From Squalus acanthias (lineage: Eukaryota): a stretch of 64,000 bases of DNA. The stretch covers positions 11,904,001-11,968,000 of the forward strand of contig CM059432.1 of NCBI GenBank assembly GCA_030390025.1, given 5' to 3'. Each line of letters begins with the position of its first letter. Positions within the stretch are counted from its first letter, which is position 1. Positions 24,037 through 37,722 of the stretch are shown here, one piece after another. Below the pieces are notes generated by a model that was not told the DNA's origin, ran no database searches, and worked only from the letters and a program-made list of their open reading frames with translations. A program made the translations under genes and the position numbers.

Positions 24037-26325
24037 GTAAGGAATGGGCATGTTAATATTTAATTGCTTTATTTTGTAGGGTCTTGTTTTGGCTGTTAAC
24101 TTTTTTTTTTTAGTTTGAATGGATTCCCTTAGAGATGTCAATAACCAGGGGGCATAGATTTAAAGTAATTGGTAGAAGGATTAGAGGGGAGCTGAAGATA
24201 ATTTTTTTTTCACCCAGAGTGTGGTGGGGGTCTGGAACTCACTGCCTGAAAGGGTGGTAGAGGCAGAAACCCTCATTGCATTTAAAAAGTACTGGGATAT
24301 GCACTTGAAGTGCCGTCACCTACAGGGCTGGAAGGTGGGATTAGGCTGGATAGCTCTTTTTCGGCTGGCACAGACACGAAGGGCCGAATGGCCTCCTTCT
24401 GTGGTGCTACGATTATGCTCACACTTGGACTTAGCCGAGAAAGTGAGTCCTACTAGTCTCAGGCAGGTTGTCTTGGCAAGGAGGGAAACTGTCCGATGGG
24501 CAGGCACTGTTGAAGTGTTTTTCTGGGCAGGTTAACCAATATTGCCGCTGTGGAGATGTTTGCAGGATTGGCTGTTCTCCCCTCCCATGGAGGGATTAAA
24601 AAACAAAACCTCTAATAATCCTTTCCTTTGTCAATCTTAGGTTGATCTTATTACAAATTAACTACGCATATAAACACTAGGTGGCAATGTTATGAAAAAA
24701 TGCTATCAGTGCAGTACATTTTCCCTTTCAGTTTCCCTGGTTCTCATAAGTCTGGAATAAATAACTGCTTTTTTAAAATTCATTCTTGGGATCCTGGTGT
24801 TGCTTGCAAGGCTGGCATTTACTGGCCATTTCTAGTTGTCCTGATAAGGTGGTGGTGGGCCTCTTTTTGAAACTTTGATACAACTGAGTGGCTTGCTAGA
24901 CCACTTCCGAGGGCAGCTAAGAGTCAACCATGTTGGCGTGCGACTGGAGCCACATTATAGGCCATACCGGATATGGACCGCACTTTTCCTTCCCTAAAGG
25001 ATGTTGGTGAACCAGTTGAGTTTTTCCAACAATCCGATGGTCACTTTTACTGATACCAGCTTTTTATTTCCAGATTTAAAAAAAAACTGAGTTCAAATTC
25101 TCAAACTGCCATGGTGGGATTTGAACTCAAATTCTCTGGATTACTAGTCCAGTAACAAAACCACAACACTACCGTACCCTCACAGAGCCTTCCCTCCATT
25201 TTTCCTCCTTGCACTGATATGCACACTTTCTTCAATCTAAAATTAATTTCAGAAAGATTGTACATCATTGTAAATTACATTGTTAAATCTAAACTGAAAG
25301 TGCAGAGTCACAGCAGTTTTCTGGGAAGGAACCTCCCGAGATTCCATGGTCAAACACTTTGATCTATATAGCAAGTCTTGCACATCCGTAGGTTGCATGC
25401 CACATCCATTCATTGAAAAGCATGCAGTTGTTCCTGCTGTATAGTATTGTAATATTCTCATGTCCAAACTTCAGTTTATCTTCTAGAATGGATATCTTGT
25501 GTACGTGATAAACTAAATGAAAAGGAGATCTTCCTAGGTACTGGTTAACTTGTAAATTATTGTATTTTCTACCGCCCCACCCCTTTGGAGCCATGCTCAC
25601 CTGAAGGGGCAGTTGAGGATCTGCTGCCTAGCTTTTAACAACAGTGCTTCATAACTAGCTACAGCACATTCCCATGATGCATGGCTGAGATTAGGAGCTC
25701 CCTGTGGGGAATCATTGACATGAATCTGTGTCCACTCTAATGCTCCAAGGATTGACACTCCAGCACTATCTGTCATCTTGCCAGTTATAGCCATGGGCTG
25801 ATTTAGGGCATTTGAGTCTGAAAATCGCTACTTAGTAATCAGTCGGGTGTATGAACTTGGCTTTTTAGAAATTATTGAAGTTTCAGCATTTTGAATATTT
25901 GCATGTTCATTGCAAATGTCAAAATAGTGAATTAATGATAAGTGCAAAAAAACTCACATGATTCTGAGAATTGTAGACTATAGAGCATTTATTTATCACA
26001 TTGTCTAAATACATCTAAACATTTTTGTTCTAATTTGGATCCAAAAATGCTGCAGCCATATGATTCATCTTCAAGTTGTGTATAAATGTCCACTATGGCT
26101 GTGGTTGGAACATGAACCTTTTGGATTGTGAATTTAATGCCATCGGACATGTGCTAGCAATTTAAAATCAGGACTGTTTTATTTATAAAGTGATGTCCAT
26201 CAAACATTGAATCAGCTTTTTATTTGGTTGTACAAATGTCTATTTTTTGCATTGCTGATGTCCCAAAGTAATTTGTTGCAAATTTCAGAAATGCTGACAC
26301 CCTTTTTTTAGACATCCAATTAGAC

Positions 26326-26775
26326 ACCGTGGCTCAGTGGGTAGCACTCTCTCCTCTGGGTCAGAAGGTTGTGGGTTTAAGTCCCACTCCAGAGACTTGA
26401 GCACATAAAGCTAGGCTGACACTCCCAGTGCAGTGCTGAGGGAGTGCTGCACTGTCGGAGGTGCCGTCTTTTGGATGAGACTAAATCGAGGCCCCATCTG
26501 ATCTCTCAGGTGGACGTAAAAGATCCCATGGCACTATTTCGAAGAAGAGCAGGGGAGTTATCCCTGGTGTCCTGGCCAATATTTATCCCTCAATCAGCAT
26601 CACCATCACCGAAAAAACATTATCTGGTCATTATCACATTGCTGTTTGTGGGAGCTTGCTGTGCGCAAATTTCCCACATTACAACAGTGACTCCACTTCA
26701 AAAAATACTTCATTGGCTGTAAAGTGCTTTGGGATGTGCAGTGGTCATGAAAGGCTCTATATAAATACAAGTCTT
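26326..26775 (+). mobile_element. Deu-domain tRNA-SINE (SacSINE1-like)
   Basis: GTGGCTCAGTGGGTAGCAC head, Deu core, L2-like tail CTATATAAATACAAGTC. Confidence 0.85.
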
Positions 26776-26838
26776 TTATTTCTTGTGTAAAATCATTTTT
26801 TTGAATGAATTCTCATATATTAATATGTTCTAATTTGA

Positions 26839-27165
<327 letters not shown>

Positions 27166-27996
27166 TGATAAAGGTGTAAAGCTACTGCTAGTATTATTTG
27201 AAAACGGGGTAGTGTCATTAACCTGTTGCTATAGGACCCCTGTTGTATACAGAGCTTTGAGGGGGGGAAAAAATGCTGATGTCCTAATCTTTCCAAATGT
27301 GGGCAGGCATTGCACAACCTACGGTTAATTGCTTTGTTCACTTGGATGCTAACTAGAAATAACTGTAATGGTAAGTGATCTGTGATACCTCTATGACCCC
27401 TCAATCCTCCTCTACAGATAATGTATCCGCTTCTGTTAAAACTTTAAATTGGACTGAATCAGCAACCTTTTCTAGGAGTCTGTTCCACATGCCCACTTTA
27501 TTGAGTTTAAAAACAGAATACACAGTTCACTTACCTATTTTCTTGCCAAATACCTTTCCAACTTCTAAAGTTGACTGATGTTATCAGCATTGATCGCCTC
27601 CCTGGGCAGTCCATTCCAAACATTCACCACCCTTTGTGTGAAGTAGTTATATCGGATCTGACCATTCACTTTCCTTTTTCATCCCATGCCTCCTCGTCAT
27701 CCTTGGGGCCATGGTGAACCATTTCTCAGGGTTCAACTTGTTGATCTTCTTAAGGATCTTGAATTCCTTAAGATCCCCTCTTGCATTTATTCTAGTGTAA
27801 GTAAACATATAGTTTCTGTTGCCTCTCCTTGTAGCTCAGATCTTTGACATCAGATATCAGACAGGTATCTCTTTGGTGCGCGATGTCCTTCCTGTAATAA
27901 GAACTGCTTACAGTACTCCCAATGGGGATGAGCCTATGCTCTGTGTAGGTTCAGTTTCCCATCCTATCTTTTTAAAATGTTTTTTTCCTGATTATT

Positions 27997-28318
27997 AGAA
28001 TCCTAGAATGGTTACAGCACAGAAGGAGCTCATTGGGTCCGTCGAGCCCGTGCCGGCTCTCTGCAAGAGCACTTCAGCTAGTCCTACTCCCCCGCCCTTT
28101 CCCCGTAGCCCTGCAAATGTTTTTCTTTCAGGTACTTATCCAATTCCCTTTTGAAAGCCACGATTGAATCTGCCTCCACCACCCTATCAGGCAGTGCATT
28201 CCAGATCCTAACCACCCGCTGCGTAAAAGGGTTTTCCTCATGTCGCCTTTGGTTCTTTTGCCAATCACCTTGAATCTGTGCCCTCTGGTTCTCAACCCTT
28301 CCGCCAAAGGGAACAGTT
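27997..28318 (-). mobile_element. CR1 3' fragment
   Basis: FTQRVVRIWNALP; same family as 17205-17763. Confidence 0.85.
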
Positions 28319-28322
28319 TGAT

Positions 28323-30905
28323 TATAAGAACATAAGAAATAGGAGCAGGAGTAGACCAATCGGCCCCTCGAGCCTGCTCCGCCATTCAATGAGATCATGG
28401 CTGATCTGATCCAACCTCAACTCTAAAGAACACAAGAAGTAGGAGCAGGACCAGGCCACTCGGCCCCTGGGCCCGCTCCGCCACCCACAGGGCCTTGACC
28501 GATCCGAACTCAAACTCATGTCCAATTTCCAGCCCGCTCCCCGTAACCCCTGATTCCCTTTACTTCTAGGAAACGGTCTATTTCTGTTTTAAATTTATTT
28601 AATGAAGTAGCTTCCACAGCTTCCTGGGGTAGCAAATTCCACAGACCCACTACCCTCTGAGTGAAAAAGTTTCTCCTCATCTCAGTTTTGAAAGAGCAGC
28701 CCCTTATTCTAAGATTATGTCCCCTAGTTCTAGTTTCACCCATCATTGGGAACATCCTCACCGCGTCCACCCGATCAAGCCCCTTCACAATCTTATATGT
28801 TTCAATAAGATCGCCTCTCATTCTTCTGAACTCCAATGAGTAGAGTCCCAATCTACTCAACCTCTCCTCATATGTCCACCCCCTCATCCCCGGAATTAAC
28901 CGAGTGAACCTTCTTTGTACTGCCTCGAGAGCAAGTATGTCTTTTCTTAAGTATGGACACCAAAACTGTATGCAGTACTCCAGGTGCGGTCTCACCAATA
29001 CCCTATACAACTGCAGCAATATCTCCCTGTTTTTATATTCTATCCCCCTAGCAATAAAAGCCAACATTCCATTGGCTTTCTTGATCACCTGCTGCACCTG
29101 CATACTAACTTTTTGATTTTCTTGCACCAAGACCCCCAGATCCCTTTGTACTGCAGTACTTTCCAGTTTCTTGCCATTAAGATAATAACTTGCTCTCTGA
29201 TTTTTCCTGCCAAAGTGCATAACCTCACATTTTCCAATATTGTATTGCATCTGCCAAATCTCTGCCCACTCACCCAGCCTGTCTATATCCCCTTGTAGGT
29301 TTTTTATGTCCTCCTCACTCTCTACTTTCCCTCCCATCTTTGTATCATCTGCAAACTTTGATATGTTACACTCGGTCCCCTCCTCCAAATCGTTAATATA
29401 GATTGTAAAGAGTTGGGGACCCAGCACCGACCCCTGCGGAACACCACTGGCTACTGGTTGCCAGTCCGAGAATGAACCATTTATCCCAACTCTCTGCTTC
29501 CTGTTAGATAACCAATCCTCCACCCATGCCAGAATATTACCCCCAATCCAGTGATTTTTTTATCTTGAGTAATAATCTTTTATGTGGCACCTTGTCGAAT
29601 GCCTTCTGGAAGTCTAAATGCACTACATCCACTGGTTCCCCTTTATCCACCCTGTACGTTATGTCCTCAAAGAACTCGAGCAAATTTGTCAGACATGACT
29701 TCCCTTTCATAATTTCATAGGACAAAGTCAGCATGGCTTTATGTTTATCTAAATGTTCCGTTACTGTCTCCTTAATAATAGACTCCAAAATTTTACCCAC
29801 CACAGATGTTAGGCTAACTGGTCTATAATTTCCAGCCTTCTGCCTACAACCCTTTTTAAATAAGGGTGTTACATTAGCAGTTTTCCAATCTGCCGGGACC
29901 TTTGCTGAGTTCAGTGAGTTTTGGAAAATTATTACCAAAGCATCCACAGTTCCTACTGCCACTTCCCTCAAGACCCTAGGATGTAAGCCATCAGGTCCAG
30001 GGGATTTATCCGCCTTGAGTCCCATTATTTTACTGAGTACCAATTCCTTAGCGATTTTAATCATATTTAGCTCCTCTCCCACTAGAGCCCCCTGTTTGTC
30101 CAGTGTTGGGATATTCTTAGTGTCCTCTACCGTAAAGACTGAAACAAAATATTTGTTCAGCATTTTTGCCATCTCCATGTTTCCCACCATTAATTTCCCG
30201 GTCTCATCCTCTAAGGGACCTACGTTTGCCTTAACCACCCTTTTTCTTTTTATATAACTATAGAAACTCTTGCTATCTGTTTTTATATTTTTTGCTAATT
30301 TATTTTCATAGTCTATTTTCCCTTTCTTAATCAATCCTTTAGTTACTTTTTGTTGTCTTTTGAAGACTTCCCAATCTTCTATCCTCCCACTAACTTTGGC
30401 TACCTTATATGTCCTTGTTTTTAGTTGGATACTTTCTTTAATTTCTTTACTTAGCCATGGATGGCTGTCATTTCTTTTACACCCTTTCTTCCTCAGTGGA
30501 ATATATTTATTTTGAAAGTTGTAAAATAACTCCTTGAATGAACACCACTGCTCATGTACCGTCTTACCCTTTAATCTATTTTCCCAGTCCACTTTAATCA
30601 ATTCTGCTCTCATACCATCATAGTCTCCTTTATTCAAGCTCAGTATGCTTGTTTGAGAACCAACCTTCTCACCCTCTAATTGGATATGGAATTCAACCAT
30701 GTTATGGTCACTCATTCCAAGGGGATCCTTAACTAGGACATTATTAATTAATCCTGACTCATTACACAGGACCAGGTCCAAGGTTGCTTGCCCCCTTGTA
30801 GGATCAGTTACATACTGCTCAAGAAATCCATCCCTAAGACACTCAATAAACTCTTCCTCAAGGCTGCCCTGCCCAATTTGATTTGTCCAGTTAATATGAT
30901 AGTTA
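28323..30905 (-). mobile_element. Young 5'-truncated CR1 LINE with nearly intact ORF2 (414 aa + 335 aa, one frameshift at a T7 run near 29555)
   Basis: [42 protein letters not shown] motifs. Confidence 0.95.
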
Positions 30906-31144
30906 AAAGATTAACTAAGGTATTGAGCATAAATAATAGGACCAATGTATATAGTTGTTTGAAAGAGCACTTTTGATGTTGCATTCAGTTAACTAATAGC
31001 AGAACTGGACCAGCATGGGGTTAGGTAATAAGTGACGTGTCTGTGTGAAAGATAATGATCTACATAAAGCAAGTTATTTGCTTTTTTGGATCAGAGAGTT
31101 GTACTTTGCATTGCACCTGTAAATGAGTTGATGAACTTCTCTAA

Positions 31145-31366
<222 letters not shown>

Positions 31367-31679
31367 TGACGGGCTCTGATAGATGGTCATCCTGCATTTT
31401 CTGGGAGGGAACTGAACGGAGGAGGTCTTCAGAAGAAAGTCATTCCCATCCCTGAAGAAGTGTGGGGGGGAAAAAAGGAACAAATAGGTAGTTTGCAATA
31501 AAGATACTAATTCCTCCTGGCCTTTAGCACAGGATGTCAATAAATAACCTACATATGAAGATAATTGTAGTGAAAGGCTACTCTGCAGCCCAAAGAAACC
31601 AGAAGGGCACCAGATTTGTTCCCTTAACCATCACTAATTGAGTTTTGCATCACAGTTTGACCAGTATTGCTTTACGAAC

Positions 31680-32680
31680 ATAAAAACCGGAGTAAGCCTG
31701 TTTTACCATTCAATCTGTTTATGGCTAATCTGTATCTCAACTCCATTTACCTGCCTTTGATCCATATCTCTCTCTCCATATGGAACAAAAATTGTTAAAG
31801 ATTGTGCCACCTTGTTCTGGATTCCCCCACAAGAAGAAATAGTTTCTCTGTATCTACCCTATTGAATCCCTTTATAGCATTTTAAACCCCTAGATTAGAT
31901 CACCCTTCACCTTCTAAACTTAAGGGAATACAAGCCAAGTTTATACAAACTTGTCCTCATAATTTAGCCGTTTCAGCACCAGTATCATTCTGGTGAATCT
32001 GTGTTTTACCCCCTTACAAGGCCAATATATCCTTCCTGAAGTGCAGTGCCCAAAATATAAAGCACTACCTCAGATGGGGTCTGACCAAGGTTCTGTACAA
32101 CTGAAGCATAACTTCCTCCCCTTTGTCTTCCAGCCCCCTTGAGAAAAAGGCCAACATTCCCATTAGCTTTTATGATTACTTTTTGTACCTGTGCATTAGC
32201 TGTTAGTGATTTGAGTACCTAGACGCCCAAATTCCTTTGCTCCTTTGTTTTTAGTCTCTCGCCATTAAGAAAATATTCTGATTTTCTTCCTTGGATCCAT
32301 CCAAAGGGGATGACTTCACACTTTCGCACATTGAACTCCATATGCCACAGTTTTGCCCACTCACTTAATCTCTCCCTTTTATAACCTCCTGTTCTCATCT
32401 ATACTGCTTACTGTGCCCCCTATCTTATTGTCATCTGCAAGCTTGGATATACAACTCTCTCTTTCTTCATCCAAGTCGTGGATATACAACTCTCTATTTC
32501 TTCATCCAAGTCGTGGATATACAACTCTCTCTTTCTTCGTCCAAGTCATTGATATGTAGGATGAAAAGCTGAGGCCCCAGTACAGGTCTCTGGGGAACAC
32601 CACTTGTCACATCCTACTAATCAGAGTACATTCCCTTTATCCCTACTCTCTGTCTTCCACCTCCCAACCAATTATTAACC
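31680..32680 (-). mobile_element. Old CR1 fragment with internal 35-bp triplication (32444-32548)
   Basis: Degenerate similarity to the CR1 at 1211-2290. Confidence 0.78.
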
Positions 32681-33687
32681 AGGAAATTGCCATTTTCCAT
32701 TCACACTTACTCCGTGACCAGACCTGTTGATGATATGTTGGGTTCCAGAGCAGTCTCTTCCTTCAAGATCAATCCTAAGGGATATGAGTTACTAAACAAC
32801 CCATGGGAGACATATGGTAAGCACGTTACCTTTTCCTTTAAACAGTATATAGCTGGCTTCAAGTCTTTATTTTTAGTGCATTTTTGTCTTCCTGAAAGTG
32901 AGGGGTGGTAGTGACGGTCATGGTACTTACTTCCAGTTTTTGCACCCAGTATTTGCACAAAGCACTCCCAGATCAGGTGTAGTGTGAATCATAGGCAGAC
33001 TAAAGCTTCCTGCGCTCTGCTCCAACTCCACTTTAAAAGATCAACCACAACTGTGCCAGTTCCCATTGCTTTCCACTGCCTATACCAGCCATATATTGCC
33101 TGAAGGTGATTGCCAGAAACAAATTTTGTAAAGCGCTGTGCTTGTGAATTTGCACCCTTTAGCAACTGGATAGATGCTGTTTTACTTTACTGTTGGAATA
33201 AAGAGTGCAAAATGGCTGAATTTGAACTTTAGTCTCGGGTGAGAGGATCCAGTAATGACTTGATGTTTCTCTGCCGCATCTAAATAGAAATCAACGTGTA
33301 TCTTTGGAGAGGGGATTGGATTTCAGCTTCCACTCAGTCCTTGTGGCTAAGTTGAATTGCATATATGTTAAGGAAAGTTATATTTTAGTACAGCTGTTAC
33401 TAAACTGAATGTCACCAACATGAAACTGCAGTGATGATGCTATGAATTGTTGCTAATTCTTTCTGTATCTCTGCTGTCAGTCTTGCTGTGTAGCCTGCTG
33501 TGATCTATCACTTTTTTTTCCTGCTGTGACTGATCTCTCTACCATCTGGCTATAAGTTAGCAAGGTTCCTTTTGTAGTATAAAATCTACACTTGTCATTT
33601 TGCCCCCATGTATTCTATCCACCTTTTGTGGAAAATCAGTTCTCAAAGCAACACCTTCAAAAGAAAATGAATGCAGATTTTTTGTTT

Positions 33688-34190
33688 TTTATGGGATCAG
33701 GGCGTCGCTGGCCCATCCCTAGTTTCCCTTGAGAAGGTGGTGGTGAGCCGCCTTCTTGAACCGCTGCAGTCCGTGTGGTGGTGGTACTCCCACAGTGCTG
33801 TTAGGTAGGGAGTTCCAGAATTTTGACCCAGCGACGATGAAGGATCGGTAATATACTTCTAAATCAGGATGGTGTGTGACTTGGAGGGGAACTTGGAGAT
33901 GGTGGTGTTCCCATGCGCCGGCTGCCCTTGACCTTCTAGGTGGAAGAGGTCGCGGGTTTGGGAGGTGCTGCCGAAGAAGCCTTGGCGAGTTGCTGTAGTG
34001 CATCTTGTAGATGGTACACATTGCAGCCACGGTACGCCGGTGGTGGAGGGAGTGAATGTTTAAGGTGGTGGATGGGGTGCCAATCAAGCGGGCTGCTTTG
34101 TCCTGGATGGTGCCGAGCTTCTTGAGTGTTGTTGGAGCTGCACTCACCCAGGCAAGTGGAGCGTATTCCATCACACTCCTGACTTGTGCC
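33688..34190 (-). mobile_element. CR1-like LINE 3' fragment (second family)
   Basis: MEYAPLAW...IQDKAARLIG...WNSLPNSTV...HHHLLKGN. Confidence 0.88.
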
Positions 34191-34437
34191 TTTTGGTACT
34201 TATATATCTAAGCATTAGCAGTCACGCTTCTGCACTACTTTCCCAGAATGAGGTTAGATCGTCAAAAAACAAACTAAGGTCAAATCCATTTTCTTTCTGT
34301 CTGACCTTAAGCTGACAAAAACCACACGCAGAGTATATTAATGTAATCAATTGCACATTTATTCCACTTGCTTTCTGTCTGTCCAGTGGTTTTCCCCTTA
34401 TCTGATTTTGGCTTTTGATTTATTATAGTGTTGGATA

Positions 34438-35319
34438 ACTGTGAGGAGAATAGAGTCTGCAAAGGGATATAGATAGACTAAGTGAGTGGGCAGTAAGGTG
34501 GCAGATGGAGTATAATGTAGGGAAATATGAGGTTATTCACTTTGGTAGGAAGAATAGAAAAACAGAATATTTTTTAAATGGTGAGAAACTTTCAAATGCT
34601 GGTGTTCAGAGAGATTTGGGTGCCCTCGTGCAAGAAACACAGAAAGCTAGCATGCAGGTACAGCAAGCAATAAGGAAGGAAAATGGCATGTTGGCCTTTA
34701 TTGCAAGGGGGTTCGAGTATAAGAGTAAGGAAGGCTTGCTACAGGGTCTTGGTGAGACCACACCTGGAGTACTGTGCACAGTTTTGGTATCCTTATCTAA
34801 GGGAGGATATACTTGCCTTGGAGGCGGTGCAACGAAGGTTCATTAGATTGATTCCTGGAATGAGAGGGCTGTCCTATGATGAGAGATTGTGTAGAATGGG
34901 CCTATACTCTCTGGAGTTTAGAAGAATGAGAGGTGATCCCATTGAAACATACAAGATTCTGAAGGGGATTGACAGGGTAGATGCTGAGAGGTTGTTTCCC
35001 CTGGCTGGAGTGTCTAGAACTAGGGGGCATAGTCTCAGGATAAGGGGTCGGCCATTTAAAACCAAGATGAGGAGGAATTTCTTCACTCAGCGGGTTGTGA
35101 ATCTTTGGAATTCTCTGCCCCAAAGGGCTGTGCATGCTGAGTCTTTGAATATATTCAAGGCTGAGATCGATAGATTTTTGGACTCTAGGGGAATCGAGGG
35201 ATATGGAGATCAGGTGGGAAAGTGGAGTTGAGGTCGATGATCAGCCATGATCTTATTGAATGGCGGAGCAGGCTCGAGGGGCCGTATGGCCTACTCCTGC
35301 TCTTACTACTTATGTTCTT
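34438..35319 (+). mobile_element. CR1 3' fragment, same subfamily as 1211-2290
   Basis: Near-identical translated C-terminus (GMRGLSYDERLCRMGLYSLEFRRMRGD). Confidence 0.92.
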
Positions 35320-35887
35320 ATAAGTCCTTAAGGTAGATGTACTCGGTTGGGTTCCATTTTCACTTGATATATTAACAATTTTCTTTTAATATTCAAATAA
35401 GGTCTGATTTACATTTTTGGTTCGTTCAAGCAGATTAATGATTAATGATATTACTATCATCTATCGGTGAAATCTGAAGTCATTACCGCCCCCACACCCT
35501 GACCGGCAGTCAAATGTATATAGGCTTTTGTTAATACATCTGCTGTAAGACACGTTTTCTGTCACTCCATGGAGATGCAGATAGATTATGCATAGTTATA
35601 CTGAGTTAACATCACGCATTTGAAGGGTGGTGGGGTCGGTAAAAGCTTTCAGATGGAATCCTGATTAGTGTCACAGTATGGAGCTATATGATTGCTCTCT
35701 GGCACATGTTTCAGACTGAGTGCTTCTGTGCAACAGATCTATTAAATTTGGTACGTGAGCTACAAGTTCCATTGAAAACTCCTATGTAATTAGCTTTTAC
35801 AGGCAATCCCATTATAAAAGTAACTCGTGTCTCTCTTTTCCCCACAAATCATTCAAAGTGCTTTCTTAAAAAAAAAGAAAAAAATCA

Positions 35888-36612
35888 CGTTCCTGAATTT
35901 ACTGCAAAAATAACCTCACTGTGGGCAAATCGGACAACAACTTCAGGAGAGCGCAGATGCGCAGTTAAACGTGAAAATCCAAAAGTTGCTGTCCGAAATG
36001 CGCCTCTCCTCCATAAGCTGCGCAGAAACGGCATCTCGCTGTCTGGCTCCCCATTCAAATGTATTGGGCGGCGTGAAGTTCCTGTAATTGCACGGTAGAT
36101 ACGGGCTAAACTTGCCACAGAAAGTTAGGGCTTCTCCATTTCAGTCTAAGTACCCTTTTTAACGGTGTGATAAGTCTTAATTACTGCCAAATAACCGCTC
36201 TGGCACTGAAAATTAATTTTTACAAGTGTGGAGTCTCATTCCTTCAGATTTTGATTGTTGGAGGTTTTAAAAAAAAAGTAATTTTTCTTTTACTTTTCCT
36301 TTCTGTCTTTTTTTCTCTCTCAATCCAATCTTTCTTTCCCTCTCTACTTTGCTTTTTGTACCTGCTTTGACATTGAATTAAATATTCTGACTTGCACTTC
36401 TTGGTTCAGACTCTGTGCTGTTCATTAACAATATTTCAATCTGGTTAAGAAGGCACACAGTTGCTTGCCCTGTTTGCACAGGTCCCAGATGGCCTGTAGA
36501 GGGCGCCGTGCCGTTTGGATCTCTAACTTACAGCAACTTCCACTGTAAAAGCTCATAAAAATTAAAGGGGCAAGGGTGCCATTTGTTCGCTGGCTACAGT
36601 AACTTCTGGCCC
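35888..36612. mobile_element. Older non-autonomous TIR element (~725 bp)
   Basis: Degenerate TIR GTTCCTGAATTTACTGCA vs TACAGTAACTTCTGGCCC (13/18); CpG-rich ends, AT-rich middle as in the 12051 element. Confidence 0.55.
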
Positions 36613-36961
36613 AATCTCGTTTTTTCAGTAACTGAAATTCTGGTGTACAAAATGAGGTTTGAAACCAGTTTTTTAAAATAAAATCACTTATTTCCCAATG
36701 GCATGATTAAATGTAACCACATTGACCTATCTTTTAAGTCTTTCCCAAAAGCCTGGAGTTCGACTTTAAATTTTTGCCTAGAGTTGTAACAGTAGCTAAA
36801 TTATGCTGTGCAAGTTGATAACGTGCCCTCTGCACCCTTGTGTATCTCCTTGTGGGTGGCATAAGAGTAGCCAGGGTTCTTTTTTCCCCCTTGTAGGAAA
36901 ATTTAGGCTATTGTTTTGCCCCTCCCCGATGCCACAGACGAGATCAGCACTCCTAGAGTGT

Positions 36962-37465
36962 CGGCCGTGGCTCAGTGGGTAGCACTCTCACCTCGGAGTC
37001 AGAAGGTTGTGGGTTCAAGTCCCACTCAGACTTGCGCACAAAATTTAGACTGGCACTCCCAGTGCAGTGCTCAGAGTGCTACACTGTTGGAGGTGCCGTC
37101 TTTCGGATGAGACGTTAAACCGAGGCCCCGTCTGCCCCCTCAGGTGGATGGAAAAGATCCCGTGGCACTATTTCGAAGAAGAGCAGGGGAGTCATCCCCG
37201 GTGTCCTGGTCAATATTTATCCTTCAATCTACATCACAAAAACAGATTATCACATTGCTGTTTGTGGGAGCTTGCTGTGCGCAAATTGGCTGCCGCGTTT
37301 CTTACATTACAACAATGACTACCAATATTCCCTGTAATCTTGTTTGGCGCTGTGCAACTAACAGGGAACATTGGTGACTACCCTTCAAAAAGTGCTTCAT
37401 TGGTTGAAAAGTGCTTTGAGATGTCCTGAGTTTGTGAAAAGCGCCATATAAATAAATGCAAGTCT
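36962..37465 (+). mobile_element. Deu-domain tRNA-SINE with nested 51-bp MITE
   Basis: Colinear with the 26326 copy apart from 37323-37373. Confidence 0.85.
37323..37373. mobile_element. hAT-like mini-MITE, 51 bp
   Basis: CAATATTCCCTGT...ACAGGGAACATTG; TSD ATGACTAC/GTGACTAC. Confidence 0.8.
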
Positions 37466-37563
37466 TTTTTTTCTTTTGCTTTCTGCAAATTGATAAAAAC
37501 AAGCCGGCCTGATTTCAATAAATTTACACCATGTACACATCTCCAGTAACCTGTCTCTTCTAG

Positions 37564-37722
<159 letters not shown>

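Noticed and set aside
26326..26400. tRNA-like sequences (also at 36962, ~20040-20108, ~42430-42497, 15819)
   Set aside because: They continue into SINE bodies and lack a complete cloverleaf; they are SINE heads, not tRNA genes
28516..30781. Long RT ORFs as an active or domesticated gene
   Set aside because: 5'-truncated, frameshifted and with an inverted QHGF motif; a dead young CR1 copy
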